Shown here: positions 8,494 through 20,475 of the stretch, in pieces
How positions within the stretch are numbered: position 1 is the stretch's first letter
Layout of the letters: every line of letters starts with the position of its first letter
Assembly (NCBI GenBank): GCA_963782055.1
Contig: CAWAIF010000003.1
Span: 6,823,948 to 6,887,947 of the forward strand
Origin: an uncultured delta proteobacterium
Lineage (GTDB): Bacteria > Myxococcota_A > Polyangia > Polyangiales > Polyangiaceae
Direction of reading: 5' to 3'
DNA length: 64,000 bases
Notes under the pieces: generated by a model
What the model was told of the DNA's origin: nothing
Databases searched by the model: none
Seen by the model: the letters and a program-made list of their open reading frames with translations, nothing else
Made by a program: the position numbers and the translations under genes

Positions 8494-9073
8494 GGGCAGC
8501 GCGTGCTCGGCACGCGCCGCCGAGGTCCGTCCGCGTGGAGCACCAGCCTCCCCGATGGCGCGCGGCGCGCGACATCGCCATGGCACTACCCGCAGAAGCC
8601 GTCGAACTGCTCCCGGGGAGCCCCTGTTGGGTGCGCTCGCCTGGCGAGAACAGGCGAGAACATGAAGCTCTCGTCGACGTTCTGCATGACGTGCCCGTCG
8701 TCGGCGTCGAGCTCGCGGACCATGTCGCGACGAAGACGAGCGAGACCGCGCTGCACGTCGCTGAAGACGCACGGGGCCTGGTATGCTCTGGAAGAAGGGT
8801 CCGACGATGGACGGAGACCGTCGAGGGTGGTCCATGACCTACGAACGTGTCGCCTGGTGCTTTCTTCGTCGCTCGGTCAGCGCCGAGGCCATCGGCCGGA
8901 GGCTCGCTCCTTCGCCTCCCAACCGCGACGATCCGCTCGACCGTGACGACGGCCGGCGCGGACCTGGACGCGACCCGCAGCAGGGACACGCGACGACCTA
9001 GTCCGCCGCCGCCACACGCAGCGGCCCCCGGACACGCCCGCGGATTGATCCAGACCGGCGACCAGAAGCGAAA

Positions 9074-10093
9074 TCACCTCGGGAGACGCCACATCATACC
9101 AAAAGCGGCCATATAATGCTGGTTGTTTGCCCAATACACATATTCATCGTCCACGACCACTTCCGAGGCGGACTGGCCCGTGGCGAGAACCTGGCGGTCG
9201 CGGCACGTCGGCAGTGCGCACTTCTCCACCGTGGAGTCACCGAGCCCTCCCGTGGCCCAGTACATGGACGAGCCGTCGATCGCGAACGTCGCCCCTGTCG
9301 CGTCGAGCAAGACGGGCGGTCCGGCGCATCCGGTGAGGGGACACTTCTGGATGTCTCCGTTCGTCCAGTAGACGTCACCGCCGGCGACGACGATGGCGAT
9401 GATCTCCCGGTCCGTCGAAGCGAACGCCCTCGTCGTGCTCGCGCAATCGGATTTCTGACACGTCATCAGCGCGTCCGACGTGCCCCAGAAGAGGGAGTCC
9501 GCACCCATGGCGATCGCAAACGGGGAGGCCTGGCCGCCGGCGAGCAGGGTGGGCTGATTTCCGCAGCCTCCGATGTCACAGCGCATGACGGTGCCCTTCG
9601 TACGCTCCGTCCAGTAGACGCTGGCCGCGTCGACCACGATACGCTCCGGGGCGATGGAACCGGAGACGAGGGTGGTCGGCGTCGCGCAGCCGGCGAGGGA
9701 GCACTTCTCGATGGCCCCGGGCGCAGGTGGGAGGGGCGATCGGGACCAGTAGACGTTGGCGCCGTCGACGGCCAGGTCGGTCGGCGAATCCTCGGTTGCG
9801 ATCGTCTGAGGCTGGCAGTCATCCTTGGCGCAGGCGAAGACAGTGCCGCCGTACTCGATCCAGTGAAGACTGGTGGCGTCGACGACGAGCCGCGCCACCG
9901 AACCGGATGACGCCGAGGATGCGAGGTACGTCGGCGGCTGGAGGGACCAGCACTCGCCCTCCGCGCACGAAAGCCCGGCGGCACACGTGCCGCCCTCGAA
10001 ACAGGCTTCGCCCTGCTGTCCCGTGCTCGCCGGCTGCGCAGACTCGCCGCAGCCAGCGAGGAGCAGCGCGATCAGGATCCCTCGCGTCCCCAT
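9074..10093 (-). CDS. Lipoprotein with VYW / YWTD-like beta-propeller repeats. Intact paralog of 922..1779.
   Basis: MGTRGILIALLLAGCG signal with lipobox. Repeated ..SVYWT.. motifs. Full C-terminus ...YVYWANNQ. Confidence 0.7.
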   Translation of the reverse strand: MGTRGILIALLLAGCGESAQPASTGQQGEACFEGGTCAAGLSCAEGECWSLQPPTYLASSASSGSVARLVVDATSLHWIEYGGTVFACAKDDCQPQTIATEDSPTDLAVDGANVYWSRSPLPPAPGAIEKCSLAGCATPTTLVSGSIAPERIVVDAASVYWTERTKGTVMRCDIGGCGNQPTLLAGGQASPFAIAMGADSLFWGTSDALMTCQKSDCASTTRAFASTDREIIAIVVAGGDVYWTNGDIQKCPLTGCAGPPVLLDATGATFAIDGSSMYWATGGLGDSTVEKCALPTCRDRQVLATGQSASEVVVDDEYVYWANNQHYMAAFGMMWRLPR

Positions 10094-10225
10094 GAAGAGG
10101 GAGTGTACCGCCTTCAAGCGCGGTCTTCTACCGAGGCTTCGGCGGCGCGATTGCCGTCTGATGGACGTCAACCAATCTTGCAGGTGAGCGACGACAACTT
10201 GCAGGTCGGTGCACGGCTCCCAGAG

Positions 10226-11926
10226 CTACAACCTCCCCTGCAGCACCGCCGAGAACGTGGTCACCAGCTTCGTCGGGGCGGAGTCGCCCGAGGCGCGCGC
10301 GGTGTCGATGGCCTGATCGAACTCCAGGTCGAGCTGCAGCGCCCTGGTGTAGTGCGCGGCGGCGACGACGCCCAGGGTGTGGCGGCCGTTGTCGCCGAGG
10401 TTCACGTCGGGGGAGTAGTAGTCGTAGCGCAGCGCCAGCGTCGCCCAGCGGGTGAAGTCCTGCTCCAGACGCACCACGCCGCCGAGCTCCTGCTTGTTCA
10501 CCACGTCGGCGTTGATGTCCGCCGGGATGGTGGGCAGCCCGAAGGCGTAGTGGACGCCGCGGTCCATGTTGCTGCCGGTGGCGACGGAGAGGAAGGCGCG
10601 GGAGGCGCCTAGCTTCTTGAAGAACTTGTGGTGCAGCGTGGCGTCGAGGTCGACGAGCCAGCGCGGGTAGTTCTTGAAGCGGAGCTTCTGCGCGTCGACG
10701 GTCTGCCCCTGGCCGAGCCAGCCGCCCACGGCCACGTCCGCCGGGCCGAAGTCGTAGCGGACGCGGAGGGTGCCGTCCTTGCCCTTGTTCAGGTCGGGGA
10801 CGACGGTGAAGCCGGGCTCGCCGAGCATCTTGCCGTTCATCAGGCCGAGGTCGACGCGCACGCGGTCCTTGCGGGTGCGGAAGTCCACGTGGGCGCCGGT
10901 GTCGAACTCCTCCGGGAAGAGGTTCTGCTCCATGAAGGAGTGCTCGATGAAGGGGCGGTCGGGGTCGTACTCGAGCACCTCCTGGGAGATGAAGGGCTTG
11001 AACATGCCGGCGCCGAACTCGACGCGCATGCCGCGGGGCAGCGGCACGACGCCGATGGCCTCCACGTGCCGCGCGGGGGTGCCCGTGCCGTCGAGGGGGC
11101 CGCCGAGGGGGATGGGCGCCACCTCGATGACGAAGCGCGCGAAGGGGTTGGGCTCGAAGTGGAGGGCGACGCGCGCGCGGCGGAGGCGGAAGACGTCGCC
11201 GTTGGTGGTGGTCCCGTCGGGGCGGGCGATGGTGTCGTTGGCGCCGATGCCGTCGGGGAGGATGCCGTTCTGGGCGTTGGGCGAGGCAGCGGCGTTGTAC
11301 AGGTGATAGACGAGCTGCGGCTGGACGAAGGCCTCGAGACGCAGGTGACGGAGCCACCGCATCGGCCCGTGGTTCTCTCGCGCGCGCTCGCGCAGCAGGT
11401 GACCGACGACGCGCTCCAGGCGCCGGATGCGCTCGGCGTCGCGGTCTCCCCCGCCGAAGCGACCGCCCCAGGCGCGTCCGCCACCCGGACCGCCGGGACC
11501 CCAGCCGCGACCAGGCCCACCGGGGCCGGGACCCCGGCCGCGCCCGCCACCTGGACCGGCGCCTCGACCACCACCGCGCGCGCCGCCTGGACCCCAGCCT
11601 GGGCCGCCGCGCCCGGGGCCGCGACCCGGACCCCACGGACGCGGCGCCGGTCCGGTCTCGGTGCCGGACGTGGAGAGCGGTTGATCCTGCCACGGCGGCG
11701 GCGGAGGCACGGGGATCGCCGGCGGCGTCGCCGTAGCGGCTCCCGCCGCCGCCGCGCCGGCCTTCGGCGCCTCGTTCTTCTTCGGCGCCTCGTTCTTCTT
11801 CGGCGCGTGGTCTCCCTTCGGCGCGCCGCCCTTCTTCGGCGGCGCGCCGGTCTGTGCGAGCGCGGGGCTCGCGGCGAGGAGACTCACGAGGCACGCGGCC
11901 GCCCACGACATCGTCCGTCGACGCAT
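10226..11926 (-). CDS. Outer-membrane beta-barrel (porin-like) protein. An ~110-aa Gly/Pro/Arg/Trp-rich low-complexity region (GPGRG/WGPGG repeats) follows the signal peptide.
   Basis: Signal peptide MRRRTMSWAAACLVSLLAASPALAQ. C-terminal alternating amphipathic segments ending ...FSAVLQGRL. Low-complexity tract seen directly. Confidence 0.55.
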   Translation of the reverse strand: MRRRTMSWAAACLVSLLAASPALAQTGAPPKKGGAPKGDHAPKKNEAPKKNEAPKAGAAAAGAATATPPAIPVPPPPPWQDQPLSTSGTETGPAPRPWGPGRGPGRGGPGWGPGGARGGGRGAGPGGGRGRGPGPGGPGRGWGPGGPGGGRAWGGRFGGGDRDAERIRRLERVVGHLLRERARENHGPMRWLRHLRLEAFVQPQLVYHLYNAAASPNAQNGILPDGIGANDTIARPDGTTTNGDVFRLRRARVALHFEPNPFARFVIEVAPIPLGGPLDGTGTPARHVEAIGVVPLPRGMRVEFGAGMFKPFISQEVLEYDPDRPFIEHSFMEQNLFPEEFDTGAHVDFRTRKDRVRVDLGLMNGKMLGEPGFTVVPDLNKGKDGTLRVRYDFGPADVAVGGWLGQGQTVDAQKLRFKNYPRWLVDLDATLHHKFFKKLGASRAFLSVATGSNMDRGVHYAFGLPTIPADINADVVNKQELGGVVRLEQDFTRWATLALRYDYYSPDVNLGDNGRHTLGVVAAAHYTRALQLDLEFDQAIDTARASGDSAPTKLVTTFSAVLQGRL

Positions 11927-12012
11927 GGCGCGACTGTACACGTGAGGCGGCCTCCTTCCGAGCCCTGCGAGCGCGAGCGCGGGCACCAGAAGGGCCGCGG
12001 GGCGCCTGGTCG

Positions 12013-13979
12013 CTACGCGCGGCTCGCGGCGCGCTCCCAGATGCGCGCCTCCTTGAAGACGCGCACCAGCTCCGGGTCCAGGTGCTGGTCCTTCACCCCG
12101 TAGTCCAGGATGTCCAGCGCGCGCTCCAGGGGCACCGCCTTCTTGTACGGGCGGTCGCTCGCGGTGAGCGCGTCGTAGATGTCGGAGATGCTCATCATCT
12201 TCGACTGAAGGGGGATCTCCTCCGCGCGCAGGCGGTTGGGGTACCCGGTGCCGTTCAGCCGCTCGTGGTGCGCGCCGGCGATGATGGGCACCCGCTTGAA
12301 GGCCTTGCCCCAGGGGATCCGCGAGAGGAAGCGGAAGGTGTGCGAGACGTGGCTGCGGATCTCGTCGAACTCCTGGTTGGTGAGCGACCCGCGCTTGACC
12401 GACAGGGCGTTGACCTCCTCGTCGGTGAGCAGCCGCTTCACCTCCCCGCGCATGTCCACGTAGGTCTCCTTGGAGATGACCTCGATCTTGGCGAAGTCCC
12501 CCGCCGCGAGCACCGTCGGCTCGTTGGCGGAGAGGATCGCCTCCCAGGCCTCGTCCAGCTCCCGCCGGCGGCGCTCCAGCTCCTCGTCCAGGGCGGTGAG
12601 GTCGGAGGCCGTGCCGCCCTTCTCCAGCAGGCGCACCTTCCGCGCGAGGATGTCCGACTCGACGGTGCGCGCCACGAAGTCGAAGCGCATGCGGATCTGC
12701 GCGAGCGACTCGTCGTAGAGCTTCTTCGCCTTGACGAGCACCTTCTCGCGCACGCCGATCTTGCCGAAGTCGTGCAGCAGGCTGGCGTACTCCAGCTCGC
12801 GCAGGTCCTCCCGGGAGAAGGTGGAGTCCTTGTAGGCGCCCTCGCCCACGCCGTCGACGACCTTGGCGAGCTCCACCGTCAGGTCGGCCACGCGCCGCGA
12901 GTGACCGCTCGTCGTCGGATCGCGCGACTCGATCGCCTCCACGCTCGCCTTCACGAAGCCCTCGAAGAGGTGGCGGATCTCGTCGTAGAGCATCGCGTTC
13001 TCGAGGGAGACGCCCGCCTGCGCGGCCACCATGCCGAGCAGCTCCTCGCTGCGCTCGTCGAAGGGGATGACCTGCTCGTCGACATCCTTCTTCGTCAGCA
13101 GCTTCTTCTCAGGCTCCTTCTTCTTGTTGATGAGCTGGATGACGCCGATGACCTCGTCGCGCTGCGAGATGAGCGGGGCGACGAGCATGCTCTTGGTGCG
13201 GTAGCCGATGCGCTCGTCGAAGCTGCGGTCGAAGCCGAAGGAGGAGCCGGGCGGCAGGTCGTAGACGTCGGGGATGTTGATGGGCTTCTTCGACAGCACC
13301 ACGCTGCCCGCGATGCTCCGGTTGGAGATGGGCATCGTGAACTCGCGCGAGTCGAAGGTGACCGAGTCGTTCTGCGTGAGCTTGAAGCGCAGCTTCTGGC
13401 CCTTCTCGTCGGTCTCCACCACGTAGATGCTGCCCGCGTCGGCGCCGGTGACGTAGCGGCTCTTCTCCAGGATGACGGAGAAGAGCTTCTCCACCACGCG
13501 CTCGGTCGTCATGGCGCGGGCGATGTTGATGAGCTCCCCCAGCTCGTAGCGGTAGCGGCGCAGCCACTTGCCGCGCCGCTCCGCGCGGCTCTTGGCGTCG
13601 AGCAGGTCGAAGGAGCGCTGCACCGCGACGTACAGGTCCTCCGGCGCCGGGTCGTCACCCAGGATGCTCGCCAGGCCCAGGTTGAGGGCCTGCGCCAGAT
13701 CGCGCTCCTCCGGGCGGCCGAGCAGCACCAGCAGCGCGGTGCCGTCGGCGAAGCGCGCCGCGTAGGGCTCGAGCACGTCTCGGCCGCGGTCCCACACGCG
13801 CGCGGGGGCCACGAGCACCCGCAGCTCCCCGCGATGCACGGCCACCATCAGCGGGTGGGGGCGCAGCACCTTGTCCGCGGCGAAGCGCGGGTCGGCGAGC
13901 AGCGTCTCGGCGACCTTGTCCAGCACCTGAAGGGCGCGCTCGCCATGCGCGCCGTTACCCTCGCCGGTCACGAGCTGGC

Positions 13980-13983
<4 letters not shown>
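12013..13983 (-). CDS. GAF-domain / HD-GYP-type phosphohydrolase (cyclic-di-GMP phosphodiesterase family candidate). Its ATG overlaps the phoH stop (ATGA).
   Basis: HD motif region ...[17 protein letters not shown].. (HD-GYP signature). N-terminal GAF-like region. 4-nt overlap with the upstream phoH. Confidence 0.78.
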
Positions 13984-15035
<1,052 letters not shown>

Positions 15036-15068
15036 CGATCCCCGCGCCGCGCCAGGCCGGGGGCGGGT

Positions 15069-16217
15069 CTACAGGATGCCCCGCGCCTTCAAGATCGCCT
15101 GGATCGCGGGGCGGCGGCGCTCCAGCTCGGGGGTGTCCTTCACCGGCTCGAAGCGCGACTCCGTCCCCTGCCGCGGGGCGCGCACGTAGGCGGCCTGCAG
15201 GTGCGCGGTGAGCTCCTGGAGCAGCCGCTCGAACTGCACGGCGGGCAGACCGTCCACCTTCTTCTCCACCTCGAAGTACGTCCAGGGGATCTTCGCCGTC
15301 TCCAGCGCGTCGGCGCGCACCAGGAAGGTGTTGGTGTTGAAGACGCGCACGCTCGCGGCGTCGAAGTCGAGCGGCAGCCGGAACTCCTCCAGCACCTGCA
15401 GCCGCCCCTGCGCGTGCACCGGGATGCCGCCGCGATCGCCCGCCACCTTGTCGCACACCTCCACCAGCACCTCCGCCGCGGAGGCCATGAAGAGGCCGAG
15501 CAGCACCGGGTCCACCGTGGCGCCCAGGTTGTCGACGTTGGTGATCCACACGTACTTGCCGCCGGCGTGGCGGAACTGCCGCAGCAGCCCGGAGCGCAGC
15601 AGCGCGTCGGGGAGGTCGCCGTGGCCGGTCGCGTACGGGCTGGGGTGCTGCTGCGCGTCGAGGAACAGGCCGCCCTCCGGAGAGAGGCGGAGCGAGAGGT
15701 CCTGCACGAACGTCCGCACGTGAGGCGGCGCGCGCCGCACGCGAAGCGCCTCGGCGATGCCCGACTCCGTCGCGTCGCTCGTCATCAGCCACAGGGGCAC
15801 CGGGCGCCCCGCGCGATCGCTCACCACCGCGTTCTCCGCGAGTCGGATGTCCAGGAAGGTCTTGTCGTCCACCGCCGGGACCAGCGCCTTGATCACGCCG
15901 CCCATGCGCGTGGCCATGCCGCCCGCCATCACGCAGAAGGCGAGCTCTCCTCGCGCCATCGCGCTGCGCCCCAGCTCGGCGAGGCGCTCGGCCTCCGGCG
16001 ACGCCGGTGGGGGCACCTGCCAGAGCTCGTCGGGCCCCGGCGCGCGCACCTCCCCCTGCACGCGGTTACGCGTGTCGCGCCGTGTCGCCGGGTCACCCTC
16101 GCGCAGGGTGGCCGCCCACGCGGCGAGCCGATCGGGGTCGAAGCCGTGTGCGCGCAGCCGCGCCATGAGCTGGGGGTCGAGCGCGCGGAGGGAGGCTGCA
16201 AGGACGTTTTGCGCCAT
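15069..16217 (-). CDS. UTP-glucose-1-phosphate uridylyltransferase, UDPGP (eukaryotic-type UGPase) family
   Basis: Motifs GGMATRMG, KYVWITNVDNLGA and GHGDL are typical of the UDPGP family. Confidence 0.72.
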   Translation of the reverse strand: MAQNVLAASLRALDPQLMARLRAHGFDPDRLAAWAATLREGDPATRRDTRNRVQGEVRAPGPDELWQVPPPASPEAERLAELGRSAMARGELAFCVMAGGMATRMGGVIKALVPAVDDKTFLDIRLAENAVVSDRAGRPVPLWLMTSDATESGIAEALRVRRAPPHVRTFVQDLSLRLSPEGGLFLDAQQHPSPYATGHGDLPDALLRSGLLRQFRHAGGKYVWITNVDNLGATVDPVLLGLFMASAAEVLVEVCDKVAGDRGGIPVHAQGRLQVLEEFRLPLDFDAASVRVFNTNTFLVRADALETAKIPWTYFEVEKKVDGLPAVQFERLLQELTAHLQAAYVRAPRQGTESRFEPVKDTPELERRRPAIQAILKARGIL

Positions 16218-16286
16218 GGTCGATGGCCTGGCATGGTACGAGCAACTCGAGCGTTCACGTAGGCGAAAGCGCAGGGTGGGAACGGA

Positions 16287-16640
16287 ATGCGGCGCTCATT
16301 TTCAATCACACGTTCAAGCTTTGGGTGTGCGGCCTCGTCGGCACTCATACTCGCGCTCGGCCTCGCGCCGTCGGCGTGCGTCGCCACGGTGGAGGCGCCC
16401 CCGCCGCGCGCCGTCGTCGTCGCCGGCCCGCCCCCCGCCCCCATCCACGAGGTGCGGCCCCCGCCGGGCGCGCCCAACGCCACGTGGGTGGCGGGCTACT
16501 GGCACTGGAACGGCGTGACCTACGCGTGGATCCCTGGGCACTGGGAGTCCGCGCCGCCCGGCGAGCGCTGGTACGGGCCTCACTACCTGCGCGCCCACGG
16601 CCACTACTACTACCAGCCCGGCGGGTGGCACCGCCGCTGA
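16287..16640 (+). CDS. Small lipoprotein with tandem YxWxxGHW / WY..G.YW aromatic motifs
   Basis: Signal peptide with lipobox LAPSAC. Pro-rich linker. WVAGYWHWNGVTYAWIPGHW repeat motif. Confidence 0.5.
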   Translation: MRRSFSITRSSFGCAASSALILALGLAPSACVATVEAPPPRAVVVAGPPPAPIHEVRPPPGAPNATWVAGYWHWNGVTYAWIPGHWESAPPGERWYGPHYLRAHGHYYYQPGGWHRR

Positions 16641-16668
16641 GGTGGCCGTCGCGTGCTACCAATAAGGC

Positions 16669-18281
16669 GTGCGCCACCGCCACGCGCTCCTGCTCCCCGT
16701 CGTGCTCTTGCTCGCGTCCGTCGGCCCGGCGACGGCGGGCGACGTGATCGTGCAGGAGCCCATCCCCGACGATCCGCGCGACGACATCGCGATGGGGGTG
16801 GTGGTGGAGGGCGACCTGCCGGCGGCCATCCAGACGCGCAGCGGCGTCGTCTCGGCGCCCGACCCGAGCAAGCCGCCCTCGCACGACGAGATCGCGGCGT
16901 CGAGCTTGGCCGACAGCCAGGGCGGCGTGACCTTCACGCCCGATCGCGACACCCGCCGCCCCGACACCCTGCCGTACTCCGACCCCTTCACGCCCTCGAC
17001 CGCGCCGTTCAAGCGCCTCGTCGCCTACGACGCCGTGGACACGCACTTCGCCCTCTACGTCTACGACGGGCACATGAACCCCCTGCCGGTGCAGGAGGGC
17101 GGGCCCTCGAGCGCCGAGGACGAGTTCTACGCCGACGTGCCGCTCGCGGTGTCGCCCTCGCGCATGGTGCGCATCCCCAGCGTCGGCCCCGACGCGCGCG
17201 TGCTCCACGCGCACCTGGCCGCCGGCCCGCGCGAGATCCCCTTCCGCCTCCTGCACGACGGCGCGGACAACTGGTTCCTCCAGAGCACCGAGACGGGCAG
17301 CGCGCGCCTGGTGATGGACCTGGCCGCCGCGCGCTCCACCTTCGGCGGGGAGCTCGGCGATCCGTCCTGGATGATGCTGCCGGCGCCGCCCCCGGTGCCC
17401 TCCGACGTGGAGGAGGCGGTGGCGGTGGTGGCCGCAAAGATCGGCGTGAGCCGCCGCCTGAGCCCGCGCGAGGACGTGCAGAAGATGGTCGCGTACTTCC
17501 GGAGCTTCACCGACTCCGATCGGCCGCTGGCCGCCTCGCGCGACGTGTACACCGACCTCTCCCTCTCCCGGAAGGGCGTGTGCCGCCACCGCGCCTACGC
17601 CTTCACCGTGACGGCGCTCGGCCTCGGCATCCCCACGCGCATGGTGATGAACGAGGCGCACGCCTGGGTCGAGGTCCACGACGGCACCGAGTGGCGGCGC
17701 ATCGACCTGGGCGGCGCGGGGCACATGCTCGCCGACTCGGGCAAGAGCGCGGTGCCCTACAGCCCGCCGCCGGATCCCTTTGCGTGGCCGGCCGGGGCGA
17801 CACGCGGGCAGGATCTGGGGGACGCCTCGCGCTCCCGTCCGACCGGCGGCGGGTCGACGGCGGCCGGCGGCGCCGGCGCCTCCTCCAGCGCCTCGGCCGG
17901 CGGCGCGGCGACGCAGGCGCCCGACCGGGCCGCGGGGGCGTCGTCCGGGCCGCGCGCGGCTGCGCGGCCGGACCCCGACGACGAGCGCCCGCGCTCGACG
18001 GTCTCGGTCGTGCTGGGCGAGTCGGACGCCCTGCGGGGCGCCGCGCTTCACGTCCACGGCGCGGTGCGCGCCGACGGCGCCGCCTGCCCGCACGTCCCGG
18101 TGGAGATCATCCTGCGCGTACCGAAGACGCGGCGGGAGTCGCGCGTGGGCACCATGGCCACCGACGGCGCGGGCGCGTACTCCGGCGCCATCGTGCTGCC
18201 CTCTTCCGTGCCGCTCGGCGACTACGTCGTCGTCGTGCGCACCGAGGGCGACGCGCGCTGCGGGTGGGGGAGCTCGGCCCC

Positions 18282-18285
<4 letters not shown>
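16669..18285 (+). CDS. Secreted transglutaminase-like (Cys-His-Asp papain-fold) domain protein
   Basis: GTG start after an in-frame TAA. Signal peptide. Core KGVCRHRAYAFTVTALGLGIPTRMVMNEAHAWVEV (Cys..His). Low-complexity G/A/S linker, then a C-terminal domain. Confidence 0.75.
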
Positions 18286-19473
<1,188 letters not shown>

Positions 19474-19493
<20 letters not shown>

Positions 19494-20466
19494 CGGCGGC
19501 GCGCCGCAGCTCCTTCACCCAGACGGTGCGCTGCTGCATGATCGCTTCCTCCGTCGCCTGATCGTACATCTGCTCGCGCACCTTCTCGTACGGCGGGATG
19601 GGCTGCCGCTTGGCCAGCCGGAACACCACGATGGCCTGGTCCCCGATGCGGATGGGGTCGGAGATGTCCCCCTCCTTCATGTGCTGGAGCATCTGCCGGG
19701 CGGCGGGGAGGATGCGCGACATGGGCTGCGCGCCGCGCGAGCCGCAGTTGTCGAGCGTGGCCGTGTCGTCGGAGTCCTCCTTGACGAGCTTGCAGAAGTC
19801 CTCGCCGCGGCGCGCGCGCATGACGATGTCCTGCGCCAGCTTCTCCTTCGCGTCGATGCCCGCCGCGGAGGTGGGCAGCTTCATCGCGATGACCTGCAGG
19901 TCCACCGGCGCCTCCGAGCCGATCTGCTTGACCAGCTTGGCGTAGGCGGCGCGGGCGTCCTGCTCGGTGATGCGCACGCGGCCGGCGACGCGGAGCTGCA
20001 GCAGCTTGCCCTCGAGGAGCTGGCGGCGGACCTCGTCGCGGTAGTCCTGCTCGGAGAAGCCCTGCATGCGCGCCTGCTCGAGGAGCTGCTTCTCGGTGAT
20101 GCCGACCTGCTGCGCCTTCGTCTCCAGGGCGCGATCGAGCTCGGCCATCTTCACCGAGATGTGGGCCTTGTCCGCCTGCTGCTCGATGAGCCGCTCGTCG
20201 ATCATCTGGTCGAGCACGGTGCGCATGATGCTCGGCTCGGCGGCGGCCATCTGCGTGGGGTCCCCGCCGGTCTGGCGGGCCACGAGGGTGAGCTGGGGGC
20301 GGGCGCGGTGGCGCAGCTCGCTCAGCAGGATGGGGCGGTCGCCCACGACGGCGACGATGCGCTCGACGATGACCGCGTGCGCCGGACGAGGCATGGCCGT
20401 CGTGACCGCGGCGGCGGAGGCGAGACCCAGCACCAGCGCGAGGGGGCGGACGAGACGGAGACGCAT
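19474..20466 (-). CDS. Periplasmic chaperone / peptidyl-prolyl isomerase of the SurA family
   Basis: Signal peptide. SurA N-terminal chaperone-like region, then a parvulin-like C-terminal segment. Unusually gene-dense overlap with the preceding gene's end. Confidence 0.7.
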
Positions 20467-20475
20467 GCGGCCGGT

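Noticed and set aside
10128-11906. 592-aa minus-strand ORF and 491-aa plus-strand ORF over the porin gene
   Set aside because: Alternate-frame or antisense artefacts (RRRR/PGRG strings). The porin frame has a signal peptide and barrel periodicity.
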